This document shows, one piece after another, positions 1 to 10,413 of a stretch of 64,000 nt of DNA. Origin of the DNA: Trypanosoma brucei. Its lineage: Eukaryota. Under the pieces are notes generated by a model. That model worked only from the letters and a program-made list of their open reading frames with translations, was not told the origin of the DNA and ran no database searches. The stretch's first letter is position 1; every line of letters begins with the position of its first letter. The stretch is from contig CH464491.1 in NCBI GenBank assembly GCA_000002445.1, positions 4,032,001-4,096,000 of the forward strand. The letters are read 5' to 3'. The position numbers were made by a program, and so were the translations under genes.

Positions 1-1627
1 CGACCGCCGAGCCCGTAGGCAATGACGCGCGGGCGTTAGCAGCGGTATTCTGTTCGATTACAGTAGCCGGTACTGGGAGACACTCATTGGTTAGGGGAAG
101 GAAGCATACAGCCCCAGTAGCCGAATACGGAACCATACCCAGAAGTATTTCTTTCTGTAGTCCCTTTCCTTCCACATCGCCTTCGCACTCCAAGCAGGCT
201 AGGACAGTAGCCCATGGATCTTCCGGGTCTGGTTGTAAAGAAGCGCCATGCCAAATGGCTCTGGTAACCTCCGCGGGGGGGGACACCAGCAACATTTCAT
301 CCCACGGAAAGGGTTCGGGCATGACGTTTCTTAACGGGACAGCGGACTCCACATTTCGTTGATATCGTGAGCGCCGTACCAAAAGAGGGCCCAGGTCTTC
401 AGATAGCACAAGAAGTGTGTCCAAGTCCGAGTCCTTCCATTCGCTCAACCAGTAACCCGGCCCAACGCATGGAATGACACGGCAGAGGTCAAGTGATGAT
501 GATTCATCGCCTTCACACTGCAGCGGCAGGATTTTCGCCTTTATGTGTGACAAAATGTCCTCCCGCTGAATTAATCGCTTCTCTTCCAAGTTAATCACAA
601 GTTCCACAATATCACAAGTGGAGTGCAGCAAAAAATGCAGGGGCGACTTCTTCTCGGACCGCGCACCATGTGGTGGGTCGCTGGAGTGCGCGATGTACAT
701 GCCGGTAGACGACACCACTTCGTCGTCTGGTCCCCCGACCGGGGAGCAAGGACGGCATCCGGTTTGTACACTCCACATGAGTGCCACTGACCTTTCCTTG
801 TCTTTCTTGCCGTTTTCCGCCCATATGTAAAGGGCGGAAGCGTCAAACGCCGCGGCAACAACGAAGGAAGCTCCAGGGGTATACCTGCATGCCGTAATAC
901 CACACCCCGTTTGGGGTTCTGGCAGGGAAAAGAAACGACTGAGACGATTTTCGTCCAAATACCACTTGCACACTCCAGCCGCACCGGCGACAACCGCAAT
1001 AAATGTATTCGGATTACTCGGGCAGCTATTCATAGAAAGCACGTAGCCTCGTGGTGCCCACTCACTTGAAGCTGCTGAGAAAAAGGGGCGGCAAAGATTC
1101 ATTGTGCTCGTTGTTAGTGCCGCCCACACCAACTGCTGAGTTGAACCACTTTCCTGTAGCCTCCAGTACATAACCGTACCATCCTCACAGCCTACTGCGC
1201 CCCACGTCACACCCTGCGGTACGTGAAGACTGGTAAACAGCACCCCCCTTTTCCCGCATGGGGACAACGCAGAAGAGATCCCATGAAATGCGTAGTCGAG
1301 AAGCACCAGCCGCTCCGGGGAGAGCAGCAGCACACTTGAAGTTCCAGAAAAGATGCTACAGTCAATCCAACGGACGCAGTTTGGGACCTGCAGCAGCATC
1401 TGCCGCCTACCACGCGCAACAAGCAGTGCAGGCACGTTATTGCCGACGCATAGGACAACTTGGCGAACCGGGTCATGGGCACAAAGATGATATGAAGTGT
1501 AATCCACCGTTTCATCCACGCACTGCATTTGGGCCCGCTTCAGGGTCGCTGCTTCGGGGTCACCTGCCTCGGTCTTGAACGCCGTTACGTCCGAAGGATT
1601 CAGCCATCGCATCAAATTTTCGAACAT
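1..1627 (-). CDS. Partial CDS, 5' end complete (ATG at 1627), 3' end runs off the window start. Hypothetical protein with WD-repeat-like signatures.
   Basis: Manual translation of the minus strand from the ATG at 1627 to position 1 gives 542 codons with no stop (MFENLMRWLNPSDVTAFKTEAGDPEAATLKRAQMQCVDETVDY...CEDGTVMYWRLQESG...ASALYIWAENGKKDKERS...). An in-frame TGA lies immediately upstream of the ATG. It is absent from the ORF track because it is truncated by the window edge. Segments such as CEDGTVMYW and ASALYIW resemble WD40 blade ends. Confidence 0.55.
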   Translation of the reverse strand, partial: MFENLMRWLNPSDVTAFKTEAGDPEAATLKRAQMQCVDETVDYTSYHLCAHDPVRQVVLCVGNNVPALLVARGRRQMLLQVPNCVRWIDCSIFSGTSSVLLLSPERLVLLDYAFHGISSALSPCGKRGVLFTSLHVPQGVTWGAVGCEDGTVMYWRLQESGSTQQLVWAALTTSTMNLCRPFFSAASSEWAPRGYVLSMNSCPSNPNTFIAVVAGAAGVCKWYLDENRLSRFFSLPEPQTGCGITACRYTPGASFVVAAAFDASALYIWAENGKKDKERSVALMWSVQTGCRPCSPVGGPDDEVVSSTGMYIAHSSDPPHGARSEKKSPLHFLLHSTCDIVELVINLEEKRLIQREDILSHIKAKILPLQCEGDESSSLDLCRVIPCVGPGYWLSEWKDSDLDTLLVLSEDLGPLLVRRSRYQRNVESAVPLRNVMPEPFPWDEMLLVSPPAEVTRAIWHGASLQPDPEDPWATVLACLECEGDVEGKGLQKEILLGMVPYSATGAVCFLPLTNECLPVPATVIEQNTAANARASLPTGSAV

Positions 1628-2742
1628 CTCCAAGTTACCCACAGCTACAGAGTCAAATAATCAAAAAAAAAGTATGAACAACAATAGGTAGTGCAAATCT
1701 GGACCTGTGCGCTGGGGAACAGTGTCTACTTCAAACTGCAGCGAAGCATTACCGAAAAAAAATCCACATACAAGTGAAAATACGTGGGTGGGGCGAGACC
1801 GTTGTCAGAAGGGGGGAAACATACGTCACTGTCCGTGAAATGTGATTGGATGGCAGTAGCATGGAAAAATATTTAGCGTTCTCTCGTTTAAACGGAAGGA
1901 ATATAACAACTGGAAGGAAAAAATAAATACTCATCCGCAGCCGCGCCGGGCACCCTAGAAAAAGTTTCTAGTTTTTACAAGGTAAGTTAGTCTCGGTCCT
2001 TAACTCAACTCATCGTGGCACGGAATGTAACTCAGAGCACCGTTCCGTGGCCTTTTTCTAATCCCGCTGCTGTGGCGCAAGTCGAAATCGTACGTGTGCG
2101 CATAAGATTTATTCGTGGGCACCGAAAATATATTGGTAGTTCATATGAGCTTTATGGTTTGGGCTAGTGGTTGATTCCAAGAGAGAGAGAGAGCAGAGAT
2201 GCAATGAAAGGCGTAATATACGGAAGCTCACCGATCCAATTTCCCCTTCCCCGGTTATCAAACGGAGTGGAATGTCTTGGTCCACTTGATCCGAACTCCA
2301 CGTAAACAGCGGAGGCATTCGTGCAGACGCTTATGGGTCGAGCAAAAAATAAATAAAAGATAAACAACTAAATTAATGAAACACGGCATAAATAATAATA
2401 ATAATAGTAAATGAGCAACGGCGGCATAAAACAAAACTTTTTAATGACGAATAAAAACTATGACAACGTGGAGGAACGTCTCAGCCTTGTATATATCAAT
2501 ACGAACTTCGCCACTAGAAACAACCAGCGCGTATGAAATAAAACAAAAGCGTAAGTGACTGAGTTCTGAATTCAATACAACCAAGTCACAATCCATCCCC
2601 ACGCCCTGTTACGCCCGTTTGCCGCGTTCCCCTATTTTTTCGTTTAACGATATTGAAAATTAAGGCGAAAGGAAAGGGAGGTATTCAAAATAAAAATAAG
2701 AATAAAAAATACGGGTGCAAAAACAACATAGAATAAAAATCT

Positions 2743-3831
2743 TTATGCACCACTCCGTCCGACCACAAGAAAGGGCGGCAAATGTGCGTACTGTGAGGGA
2801 ACGAACGGCCTGAAGGGAGGTAGCGGCTCGACCTCAACACCCACAAGGTGTTCACCCACCTCGACCGGATGTAGATCATTAAAGTACAATACAACTGTCA
2901 GCCTACGACGTTGCTGCGTTTCCTTCGCACAGGAAGGAAACCTGCGCCCATCAAACCATGCCGCAGCATCCTCCGTGGGGTGGCACTCCCCTGTATTAAG
3001 CAACTTCCTTGTGGTACCGAGCAACTTGGAGGCTACAGGGCGGCAGAGGAAAATGTTCACAGCGCCGTAGCCCGTCATATAAGTCACACACGTTTTGGAC
3101 AGCTCCTGTTGCTCTCGCTCCAATATAACACGGATGGGCGGCATGACACTACGCGGCGTCACGCGGTCACTTCTTGGCTCCCACCACAGTCGAATACTCA
3201 TGGAGCGGTGGGCCGCGCATATCTGCAGTTCAGAGTCCAGCCGTGTCAACTTGTGGGTGCCGGAGAGCGTTGTGATCGCCTTCCGAATACGTGGGTCACG
3301 CGTGTCGCCTTGTGTTACGATCCCAACTGTAAAGTAGTTGGCGGACGTTCGTGTGATGTAAACACCCATAACAAGGGCCCTCCGTCGCGGAGTGCAACGG
3401 TCCGTGCCAAATATACTTGCGGCAGCGCGATGTGCTGCATGTTTCCACAGGAGTTCGGCGCTTTTCTCTGAAAGATCCTCCGCTATATGGCTGCGAGTTT
3501 GAACTGTGTACCCGGCATACGAGGCCATCATGGAGAGTGATTCCTGGTGGGCAAGAGCGGAAAGATGCCGGTGCAAAACCGACATATTATCATCGTCGGC
3601 ATTAGAAGTTGGTACCGCGGCTGCCCCCTTTCCAACGTGGTGCTCGACAGTGTGAAAAACGTCCGAAATTTTCTCACAGACTTTAATAGGCTCGCTCTGC
3701 CCAAGCGTCTCGTGTCTGTAGAACACGCATGCGACATCTGTTGGACGCATATACGCTGTAATACTTGTCATTTCCCTTCCGTTATTACACGGCCACTCCC
3801 ACCGGAGAGGGGTATCTGCGGAGTTCGACAC
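2743..3831 (-). CDS. Hypothetical protein (362-aa ORF; the true start may be an internal Met).
   Basis: Long minus-strand ORF co-oriented with the rest of the cluster. No recognisable domain. The N-terminal start is ambiguous. Confidence 0.4.
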   Translation of the reverse strand: MSNSADTPLRWEWPCNNGREMTSITAYMRPTDVACVFYRHETLGQSEPIKVCEKISDVFHTVEHHVGKGAAAVPTSNADDDNMSVLHRHLSALAHQESLSMMASYAGYTVQTRSHIAEDLSEKSAELLWKHAAHRAAASIFGTDRCTPRRRALVMGVYITRTSANYFTVGIVTQGDTRDPRIRKAITTLSGTHKLTRLDSELQICAAHRSMSIRLWWEPRSDRVTPRSVMPPIRVILEREQQELSKTCVTYMTGYGAVNIFLCRPVASKLLGTTRKLLNTGECHPTEDAAAWFDGRRFPSCAKETQQRRRLTVVLYFNDLHPVEVGEHLVGVEVEPLPPFRPFVPSQYAHLPPFLVVGRSGA

Positions 3832-4093
3832 TTTCCTGGGTTGTGTATTTTTTGATTTTTATTGATTAAAGTCAACAGCTTTTGACCTGGATTGCCTTCA
3901 TCAGGGGAAAATGCATGTTAAGAGAAGCAACCAGTGGTGAGATTGCGCAAACACAGCCAACAGAACTAGGAGGGAAGGGTGATGCACCCGACATCAACCT
4001 GTGGGAAACTTGGGGAAAGTAAGGTTGTGAGGAGGAGAAGGTTTATTCGCACAGATTCCCCTTTTAGTCAACAAGTTGCCTCAACGAGGTATG

Positions 4094-4128
<35 letters not shown>
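4094..4128. repeat. (CA)6-7(TA)11 compound microsatellite.
   Basis: cacacacacacacatatatatatatatatatatat read directly. Intergenic. Confidence 0.95.
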
Positions 4129-4235
4129 GCACTTAAACCCCACGGGCGTCCACTCCTGCACCTCCTCAGGCTGGAAGGCGCGTGAAGCACATGAGCGCCT
4201 TCGGAGGGTGACGAACCGCCAACGCGGCCATACAC

Positions 4236-4853
4236 CTACAACGACACAATGGTGACAGTATCTGAGAACCGCTTTAGCTCTTGATTGGAGTCGCTCTCCG
4301 GGGCATTAAAAACTGATTTCTGAAATACCACCGCCTGCTCATCGGCCCCAACAAGCTGCACTGCGTCACCCGCAATGCGTGCCGCCTCCCTCAGCACCTC
4401 TTCAAGCTTTTCTCCTGACTTCAGACCCAGGTAAACACTGAGGTCTTTGGTTTGAATGTGTCCAAGCGTACAGCCAATCACCGTTAGGATGGCGGCGCGC
4501 ATGTTTGGCTCGAAGCTTGGCCGCGCTGGGAGTGTACCTTCGGACTCTCGCCACACTTGCCAGAACTGAGGGAAGTTACCCGAACTGAGGTAATTCTCCA
4601 GATCGTAAATGAGGATTATATCCTTTTCAATATAAGAGGCGTCCTGCACGTGGCTGGAAATGAGAGAGATACAGGCGGAAAAGTCGCTGGTGTGGAAACG
4701 TGGAAGCGCCTGCAGCAAAATTCCCAGCAAAAGCTGTTTTTCCGGTTGACTGCCCGATACGACGTAGCTCTTAAGGAAACGGAGAAACAGTTGGAGATCA
4801 TACTTATCCTGCTGAAGCGCCTCACGCAGCTCCTTGTCCAAATCTTGGTTCAT
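4236..4853 (-). CDS. eIF3 subunit K-like protein (PCI/winged-helix family).
   Basis: 205 aa. The segments LLQALPRFHTSDFSACISLISS and DLENYLSSGNFPQFWQVW align by eye with human eIF3k LLKALTNLPHTDFTLCKCMIDQ and DLLETCHFQAFWQAL. Size and position match. Confidence 0.55.
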   Translation of the reverse strand: MNQDLDKELREALQQDKYDLQLFLRFLKSYVVSGSQPEKQLLLGILLQALPRFHTSDFSACISLISSHVQDASYIEKDIILIYDLENYLSSGNFPQFWQVWRESEGTLPARPSFEPNMRAAILTVIGCTLGHIQTKDLSVYLGLKSGEKLEEVLREAARIAGDAVQLVGADEQAVVFQKSVFNAPESDSNQELKRFSDTVTIVSL

Positions 4854-5977
4854 ATTCCCTTACCTTATTAACTTGTTGCAGAGTTTCTTCTTTCCCTTAG
4901 TCCGTAAACAAAACTTATCTCCTTGTCTTTCGTTCTCCCTTCCGCACCTGTTTCCTTATTGGTTTCCGTGTGCAAAATCGCGGCACTTCTGGCGTAGATA
5001 GGGAGGGGGAGAAGGCATAAGGATGGAGGAAATCTCGCGTGATAACAAAACAGCGCCAGCGGCAAGCATGGATGGCACTTGCCACAGTTGTGAGAGAGGA
5101 AAAGATGCGCTTCAGGTTAGCAATGAGTTATTTACTCCTCCCCCAAAATTCTCAGGCATCAAACAGACACACATCTTCCCAATGCAGTACTTCGTCGCCC
5201 CATTCAAGTAAATCTTGCTTGTACTCCTTTGTCTCCAAACACTCACCATAGGCACCCCTTCCCAACACCTCCCCCTCCCTGAACATTTGAGCGTTAAAAC
5301 AGGCGTGTTAGCACGCCAGAAAAAATTAAACGAGAACAGTAATGGGTAATGGAGGTGCTTTGGACTGGGATGCGCCAAAGGCAGCATTATGTGATTTGCG
5401 TGTGTACGTAAGCAGCGAATTGTCGGCACTACTCCCACCTTCCGACACATCGTGTCAGTCCAAAAGATTATCAATGATCCCCGCCATCCGATTAGGCGAT
5501 GATGAACCAATCCTGTGAAGGAATATAATTTTTGCCGCGCTAACACCCCATTTGCAGTGTCTTAAATCATTCATTATTGTACGCGAGTTACCAACCACAC
5601 GTTGGCAACCTTACGCCCCTCGATGGTTATTCCTCATATCGATTTATTTTCCCACATTGTCTCTGTCCACATGCTGTGCGCGCGCCTCTCTGACTCTTTG
5701 ACGCTAGTGGTCTCGGCAGCGTGTGAATTGCAAACGCGACAAGGTTATGGGATTATCTGCCGAGAAGGAAACGAAACCAGTGTTTAACTTCACCGTGAAT
5801 CACTCACACTGTATGGTCTCGGAGCACGGGTGTACAACGCCTTCCTGAAGAAGCGCTTAATAGATTGATCAAAACGCACATGCACCAGCCGCAGTGGTCA
5901 CGGACAGCTGGAGAGGGGGTATGTGAACGAAGAACGGGCAATGGAAATTGGTGACCACGATGCAATCCACACTTTCC

Positions 5978-8902
5978 TCACATCTGGAACTCTGCGAGAA
6001 GTGGTGGTAATCCCTTGCGGAAGCGTGTTTTCAACGTGAAATCACGTGCTAGCTGGTACCCCCGCGCCGGTTGCAAGGGCCCAATGTGTACCGTTGTGTC
6101 AAACGGGTCCCCTGGAACTGTGTCCCAGCTGTCGAACGCGAAGAGTGGAAGTGCCTCGCCAAGCGTCACCACTCGCAGCTGTGTTTCCAGGCCGAAGCTG
6201 TCGATTGCCGGTACTAACGCCCGGACGCACACAAATGTAGTTGCTGCTATGGGTTCCTCCGATACAATACTCCCGCGACGCATTTGCAGTACCTCTGCAA
6301 TTTTTTCCACAGACCCTGGGGGGCACATAATGTCAACCTTTAGCACTGGCTCAAGAAGCTGCGGATGCGCACCGAGTAGCGCCTGTTTAGCTGCGGTTCT
6401 CGCACCAGCCATAATCGCCGCGTCTCTGGCATCAGGCTCCAGGTCTGCGAAAATGAGGCGCAGTGCCGCTCCGCGAACGACGTCGCCGATCAGCGGCCCC
6501 GCTGCCACTGCAGAGCGGAACCCAGCGGTAATGGCTTGCAACCGCTGCTCTGTGAGTCGTTCGAACTCCTCGTGCTCCTCGTCAAGCGTATCATTAATGA
6601 GCACACTCGGCCCTTTCGTTGTGTGTGGGCCTGTCGCTATTATGTTCCGCGCGTCAAGAGCGTCCATGTCGTGTTGCTGTAACGTCGTCCATAGCTTAAC
6701 AACACTGTCGGTACCGGGCGAAGGAAACAGATTGATTTGCTCATTTTCGATTTGTTCAGTCAGTTTGGTTGGGAGCGAGCCGGCCGTAAAACCAATATGT
6801 GCCCAGTTTGACGAAGTGACAGCTAAAGCACCATCCTTTTCTAACACAGTCTCCGAAAAGGAAACAAATGGCGGAGATATGCCAAGTTTCACCCCTTTGC
6901 ACAAGGCACACCGCAACTCGTGTAGAGCAGTGTCGAGGTGCAACTCCCCATAGCCACTAATGGTGAACTCCCCCGTTTCCTCTTTGTGCGCGTCTAGGCC
7001 AGGTGTTGTGCGAATCAATATTTGAAGACTTTGCTGTAACTGGTTTGCTTTTGCTGGATTTTTCAGTTCAACTCCAACATGCACAAATGGTTTTCCGCAC
7101 TTAAGGGGTAGTACTCTCACTTCATCGAGCCACGAAGCGCCAGACTCTCTGGCGGAGTCTATAGTGTTTTCCTCTTCCCATAACAAACTCGTGGCAGCGA
7201 CTCCGCCGACCATCACAAGGTGACTTCCTGCTCGTGTATCAAAGCCGGTGACGAGAACAACCTGGCCTGCGTACGCGCAATCCACATCGACAAATCCGTC
7301 CAACATTTTCAGCAACAACTCCTTTACCGTAAACGTATAAAAAGGCTCAGCATCACTGGAATGCTCATCCACCACAACCACCTTTACCCCACGTTTCAGT
7401 ACGCCGTGCAGTACACGAACAACGGCAAAGTTCTCCTCACCATTATTTTGAGATCGTATTATCGGTGCGATGGCTGCTGCTGAGTCTTCTTCCTCTACAT
7501 TCAGCCGGTACTGCGTCTTCAGCCACGCTGAGCGTTTGTCAGTTGCGGGCAATACGTTTAGAAGCGCATCAATACCCTCCAACGCGGGGTCACCGCAGAA
7601 AAGTTGCACTGCCTCGCGTACAGCACTGATGGGCCCTCGCGGCAGTGGATTAAGCTTATTGCTGAGTACCTGCGAGCCTTTTCCAGTAAGTGAATGAGCA
7701 ACAACCTTGTACAGAGGCTCAAGCACAAGTGTAACAAAGGAAGGTTTCTGGCGGAAGTTTGTAATGCGAACGAACCTTCCCTCCTCAAAAGTCACTTGCC
7801 CCCACAATTGCTGCGATAAAGCGATCGCATCCACGGATGGGTACTTGCTGCTGTACTTCAACGCAAACGTCTCCGTGGTGAAAAAACATCCGATGTTGGA
7901 GGAAGCGAAACAAACAGTGCCGTTCAGCGGCGACACCAAGAAGGGAGAGCATCCACTTCCAAAACTAGAAATTTCATTGTTTACCGCATCCACCACCATG
8001 CGCAACTTTCGATACGCATCGAGCGGAGGGAGCTTCAAATCCATTATAAGGCGATCAATTTTCGTTATAACAAGCACAATTGGTATTCCTTCCTGCAATA
8101 CAACCTGGCGCAGGAGCCGAGCGCCGTTACTTGTGAGCGACTCAGCGGCGTCAACGCAAAAAAGCACAGCGTCCGCTAGACGTAGCGCGGCTGCTGTTTC
8201 CGCCGCAAAATCGGGGTGACCGGGAGTGTCGACAAACGTCATTAGGTGTGAGGTCTGTTCATAATGTGCACCCGCGACAACCTCCGTCACGACGCTGCTC
8301 TTCACGGATATGCCTCGCTCAACCTCGTCCTCTCGCTGCCTGTAGGCACGACCGCCTAGAAGCAGTGACAAGAGTGAAGTTTTTCCGTGGTGCAAGTGCC
8401 CCGCAACCGCAACGATACGCTGTCGTGAAGGGACGCCTCGCAGGAGATCCAAGAAGTCCCGCGTCGACGGCTCTTTCGACACCACCTCCCCAATTAGAAG
8501 AGGATGTACCAGACGATCTTCCAACAAAAACTTTCCTCCGGCAGCATCCCTGCGATTTTTCATGGTTGATGATGCAACGTCACGACCAGCCACCAAAGGC
8601 TCATCGATTGACTGGTTGGCAACTTCTCCAATGACAAGCTCAACATCGTCGCCAAAGTCACCACTTGACCCACTCGTCGTGTCGTCGTCGTGCCTTCGCC
8701 GCTCGTGTTCTACAGAGTCGCTACCATCACTGCCTCTGTTACTTTCTGTACCGCTCCCGGCTGACCCTGAAGAATCGTTATCGTTGTCGTCGCTAGTAGA
8801 TCTCACTTCGTGGGTGCCGTCGTACTCCCTGCTGGTGCTGTCGCCACACCCACTTTGGTCACTGGGGACTCTGTTCCCCTCTTCATCATAACCAAAGTTC
8901 AT
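5978..8902 (-). CDS. EF-2-family GTPase, probable U5 snRNP 116-kDa protein (Snu114/EFTUD2 homologue).
   Basis: G1 motif AGHLHHGKTSL (the Snu114-type HLHHGKT), G3 DTPGHPDF and G4 ITKIDRL. EF-2-like domains follow. An acidic, Ser-rich N-terminal region precedes the G domain, as in Snu114. The start is set at the internal Met MNFGYDEEG (ATG at 8902) rather than the ORF-track extension to 9301. Confidence 0.7.
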   Translation of the reverse strand: MNFGYDEEGNRVPSDQSGCGDSTSREYDGTHEVRSTSDDNDNDSSGSAGSGTESNRGSDGSDSVEHERRRHDDDTTSGSSGDFGDDVELVIGEVANQSIDEPLVAGRDVASSTMKNRRDAAGGKFLLEDRLVHPLLIGEVVSKEPSTRDFLDLLRGVPSRQRIVAVAGHLHHGKTSLLSLLLGGRAYRQREDEVERGISVKSSVVTEVVAGAHYEQTSHLMTFVDTPGHPDFAAETAAALRLADAVLFCVDAAESLTSNGARLLRQVVLQEGIPIVLVITKIDRLIMDLKLPPLDAYRKLRMVVDAVNNEISSFGSGCSPFLVSPLNGTVCFASSNIGCFFTTETFALKYSSKYPSVDAIALSQQLWGQVTFEEGRFVRITNFRQKPSFVTLVLEPLYKVVAHSLTGKGSQVLSNKLNPLPRGPISAVREAVQLFCGDPALEGIDALLNVLPATDKRSAWLKTQYRLNVEEEDSAAAIAPIIRSQNNGEENFAVVRVLHGVLKRGVKVVVVDEHSSDAEPFYTFTVKELLLKMLDGFVDVDCAYAGQVVLVTGFDTRAGSHLVMVGGVAATSLLWEEENTIDSARESGASWLDEVRVLPLKCGKPFVHVGVELKNPAKANQLQQSLQILIRTTPGLDAHKEETGEFTISGYGELHLDTALHELRCALCKGVKLGISPPFVSFSETVLEKDGALAVTSSNWAHIGFTAGSLPTKLTEQIENEQINLFPSPGTDSVVKLWTTLQQHDMDALDARNIIATGPHTTKGPSVLINDTLDEEHEEFERLTEQRLQAITAGFRSAVAAGPLIGDVVRGAALRLIFADLEPDARDAAIMAGARTAAKQALLGAHPQLLEPVLKVDIMCPPGSVEKIAEVLQMRRGSIVSEEPIAATTFVCVRALVPAIDSFGLETQLRVVTLGEALPLFAFDSWDTVPGDPFDTTVHIGPLQPARGYQLARDFTLKTRFRKGLPPLLAEFQM

Positions 8903-9290
8903 ATTAGAATCAGACGCGCACTCCGGTCGGAAGAGCAATTCCCAACCGACAGTGGGACCGTTATTGTTACTCTTTTTCTTCCACTGGCGGCAGAAACATA
9001 GCAGGCGGGTAGAAACAAGATTGGGGGAGACACAAGAGCAGAATGTATGCGAGGGGAAAACTCCATGGTGAAGGTTCCACGTGCCAGAATTTGCATGCAC
9101 CACGGGCGCAGGATGAAGAGTAGCGGTTAACTCAGTGCCCGCACAGAGGGAAGAAATTTTTGCACCGACACACCCATCCCAACGCCATTCATTAATGACA
9201 AAGAACAAGCCCAGGACTCGCCCCCTGCTAGCAAGCGTGCAACTTAGTGCACCGCAGGGAAAAGGGTCGATAAAAAAGGGAGAACCCCTT

Positions 9291-9911
9291 TCAACCCTCA
9301 TTAGAAACTATGCCATAGGGATTACGCAGGGATGGCGGTTCCAGCCTCACGCCTGGAGCATCGTGGAACGTGGCGAGAACACGGTGCTCCAGCGACAACC
9401 GGTGTTGCTGTCGTTCGAGCCCAGTGCGAATCTGCCTTTCACGTATTTGCCGCAGCTCCTCTGGGGAATTCGCCTCCAAACGCATAGCCATCGCACCCAC
9501 CATTTCGCTTATGTCTGGGTGACGCACCTCAATGGGTTTTGCATTCATCGCTACCACCGCTATGAGCATAAAGCCCAACATGAGAAAAGCAGCAATGAAG
9601 TTTTGTGATTCTGGGGTGAAATTGTACTCCGTGCGGCGTACTTCCCAGTCAAGACACGAGACGAGGCCCAAACGGTTGATGTATAACGTACGCGAGAGCC
9701 GCTCGTCCTCCAAAACCTGCAGGTCTTTGTGGGCCTGATTGATGAGCTCACGCTGTGCCGACGGGCTTGTGATGCCGCGGTTCCTTCTAAAACCCGAGCG
9801 GATTTGCTGCAGGAGCAGCATCCGGATGGTCACATTTGGGATGCTGTTGGCTGCCTTCAGGTAGCGGCGGTAGAGGAGCGCTACCGCCTCCCTTGGAAGA
9901 AGGGCTGACAT
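9291..9911 (-). CDS. LYR-motif (Complex1_LYR-like) protein with a C-terminal transmembrane segment.
   Basis: N-terminal ALLYRRYLKAANSIPN...IRSGFRRN fits the L-x-x-LY-R/K LYR signature. Hydrophobic stretch FIAAFLMLGFMLIAVVAMN. 206 aa. Confidence 0.45.
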   Translation of the reverse strand: MSALLPREAVALLYRRYLKAANSIPNVTIRMLLLQQIRSGFRRNRGITSPSAQRELINQAHKDLQVLEDERLSRTLYINRLGLVSCLDWEVRRTEYNFTPESQNFIAAFLMLGFMLIAVVAMNAKPIEVRHPDISEMVGAMAMRLEANSPEELRQIRERQIRTGLERQQHRLSLEHRVLATFHDAPGVRLEPPSLRNPYGIVSNEG

Positions 9912-10413
9912 TCCTTCCTGTTACGTCACCCACCACACTTCCTTGTCTCCCCTGAATCAGTGGGGCGTTCCCTCAGCAACTGTTCCTGTTCCTGTATCCG
10001 TTTTTTTAAAAAGTTAAGATGTGGCATGAACAATCGACAAAGCAACAATGACAACAATATGAAGTACATCTGTGCATGCATGCATGTGTGTGGCATTAAA
10101 TCAAATAATGACATGTAAGCGACCGAGCAGCGTAAAACAACAGTGACACGAACAGTAACAATGCCGAGGTTGCGTGAAGGACCTGGGCGAGTTGAAAAGA
10201 AAAAATAAAGAGAAGGCACAAAAATATTATAATAGTGAGGGAGAACTTTAGTTTTACACCATTCATGGTAACGAATAAAATTACTAAAAATGCAACTGAG
10301 AGGAGCAAACTACAATGTTTTTAACGTACACCTTCCCTTCTTCCTCTGCTTCCTTGACGACGGTTCGTACGCTAGGCGCCATGCATAGGGTTGCATCAAC
10401 CACTAACTCAACT

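Noticed and set aside
1921-2100. Imperfect 8 to 9-bp inverted repeat (ggcacggaa ... ttccgtggcc) noticed while scanning for tRNA or small-RNA genes.
   Set aside because: It is too short and imperfect to distinguish from chance. No T-loop or A/B-box-like motifs were found there or elsewhere in the window on visual scan.
5112-5546. 144-aa minus-strand ORF in the eIF3k/Snu114 spacer.
   Set aside because: Its composition (Cys/Trp/His-rich, no periodicity) is typical of random intergenic ORFs. It lies in the position expected for UTR and splice-acceptor sequence, and is too marginal to call.
6015-6953. 312-aa plus-strand ORF inside the Snu114 gene. Similarly 19763..20662 plus (299 aa) inside the DEAD-box helicase gene.
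   Set aside because: These are antisense to genes with clear conserved motifs. Their composition is low-complexity and Ser/Cys-rich, and they are on the wrong strand for this transcription unit.
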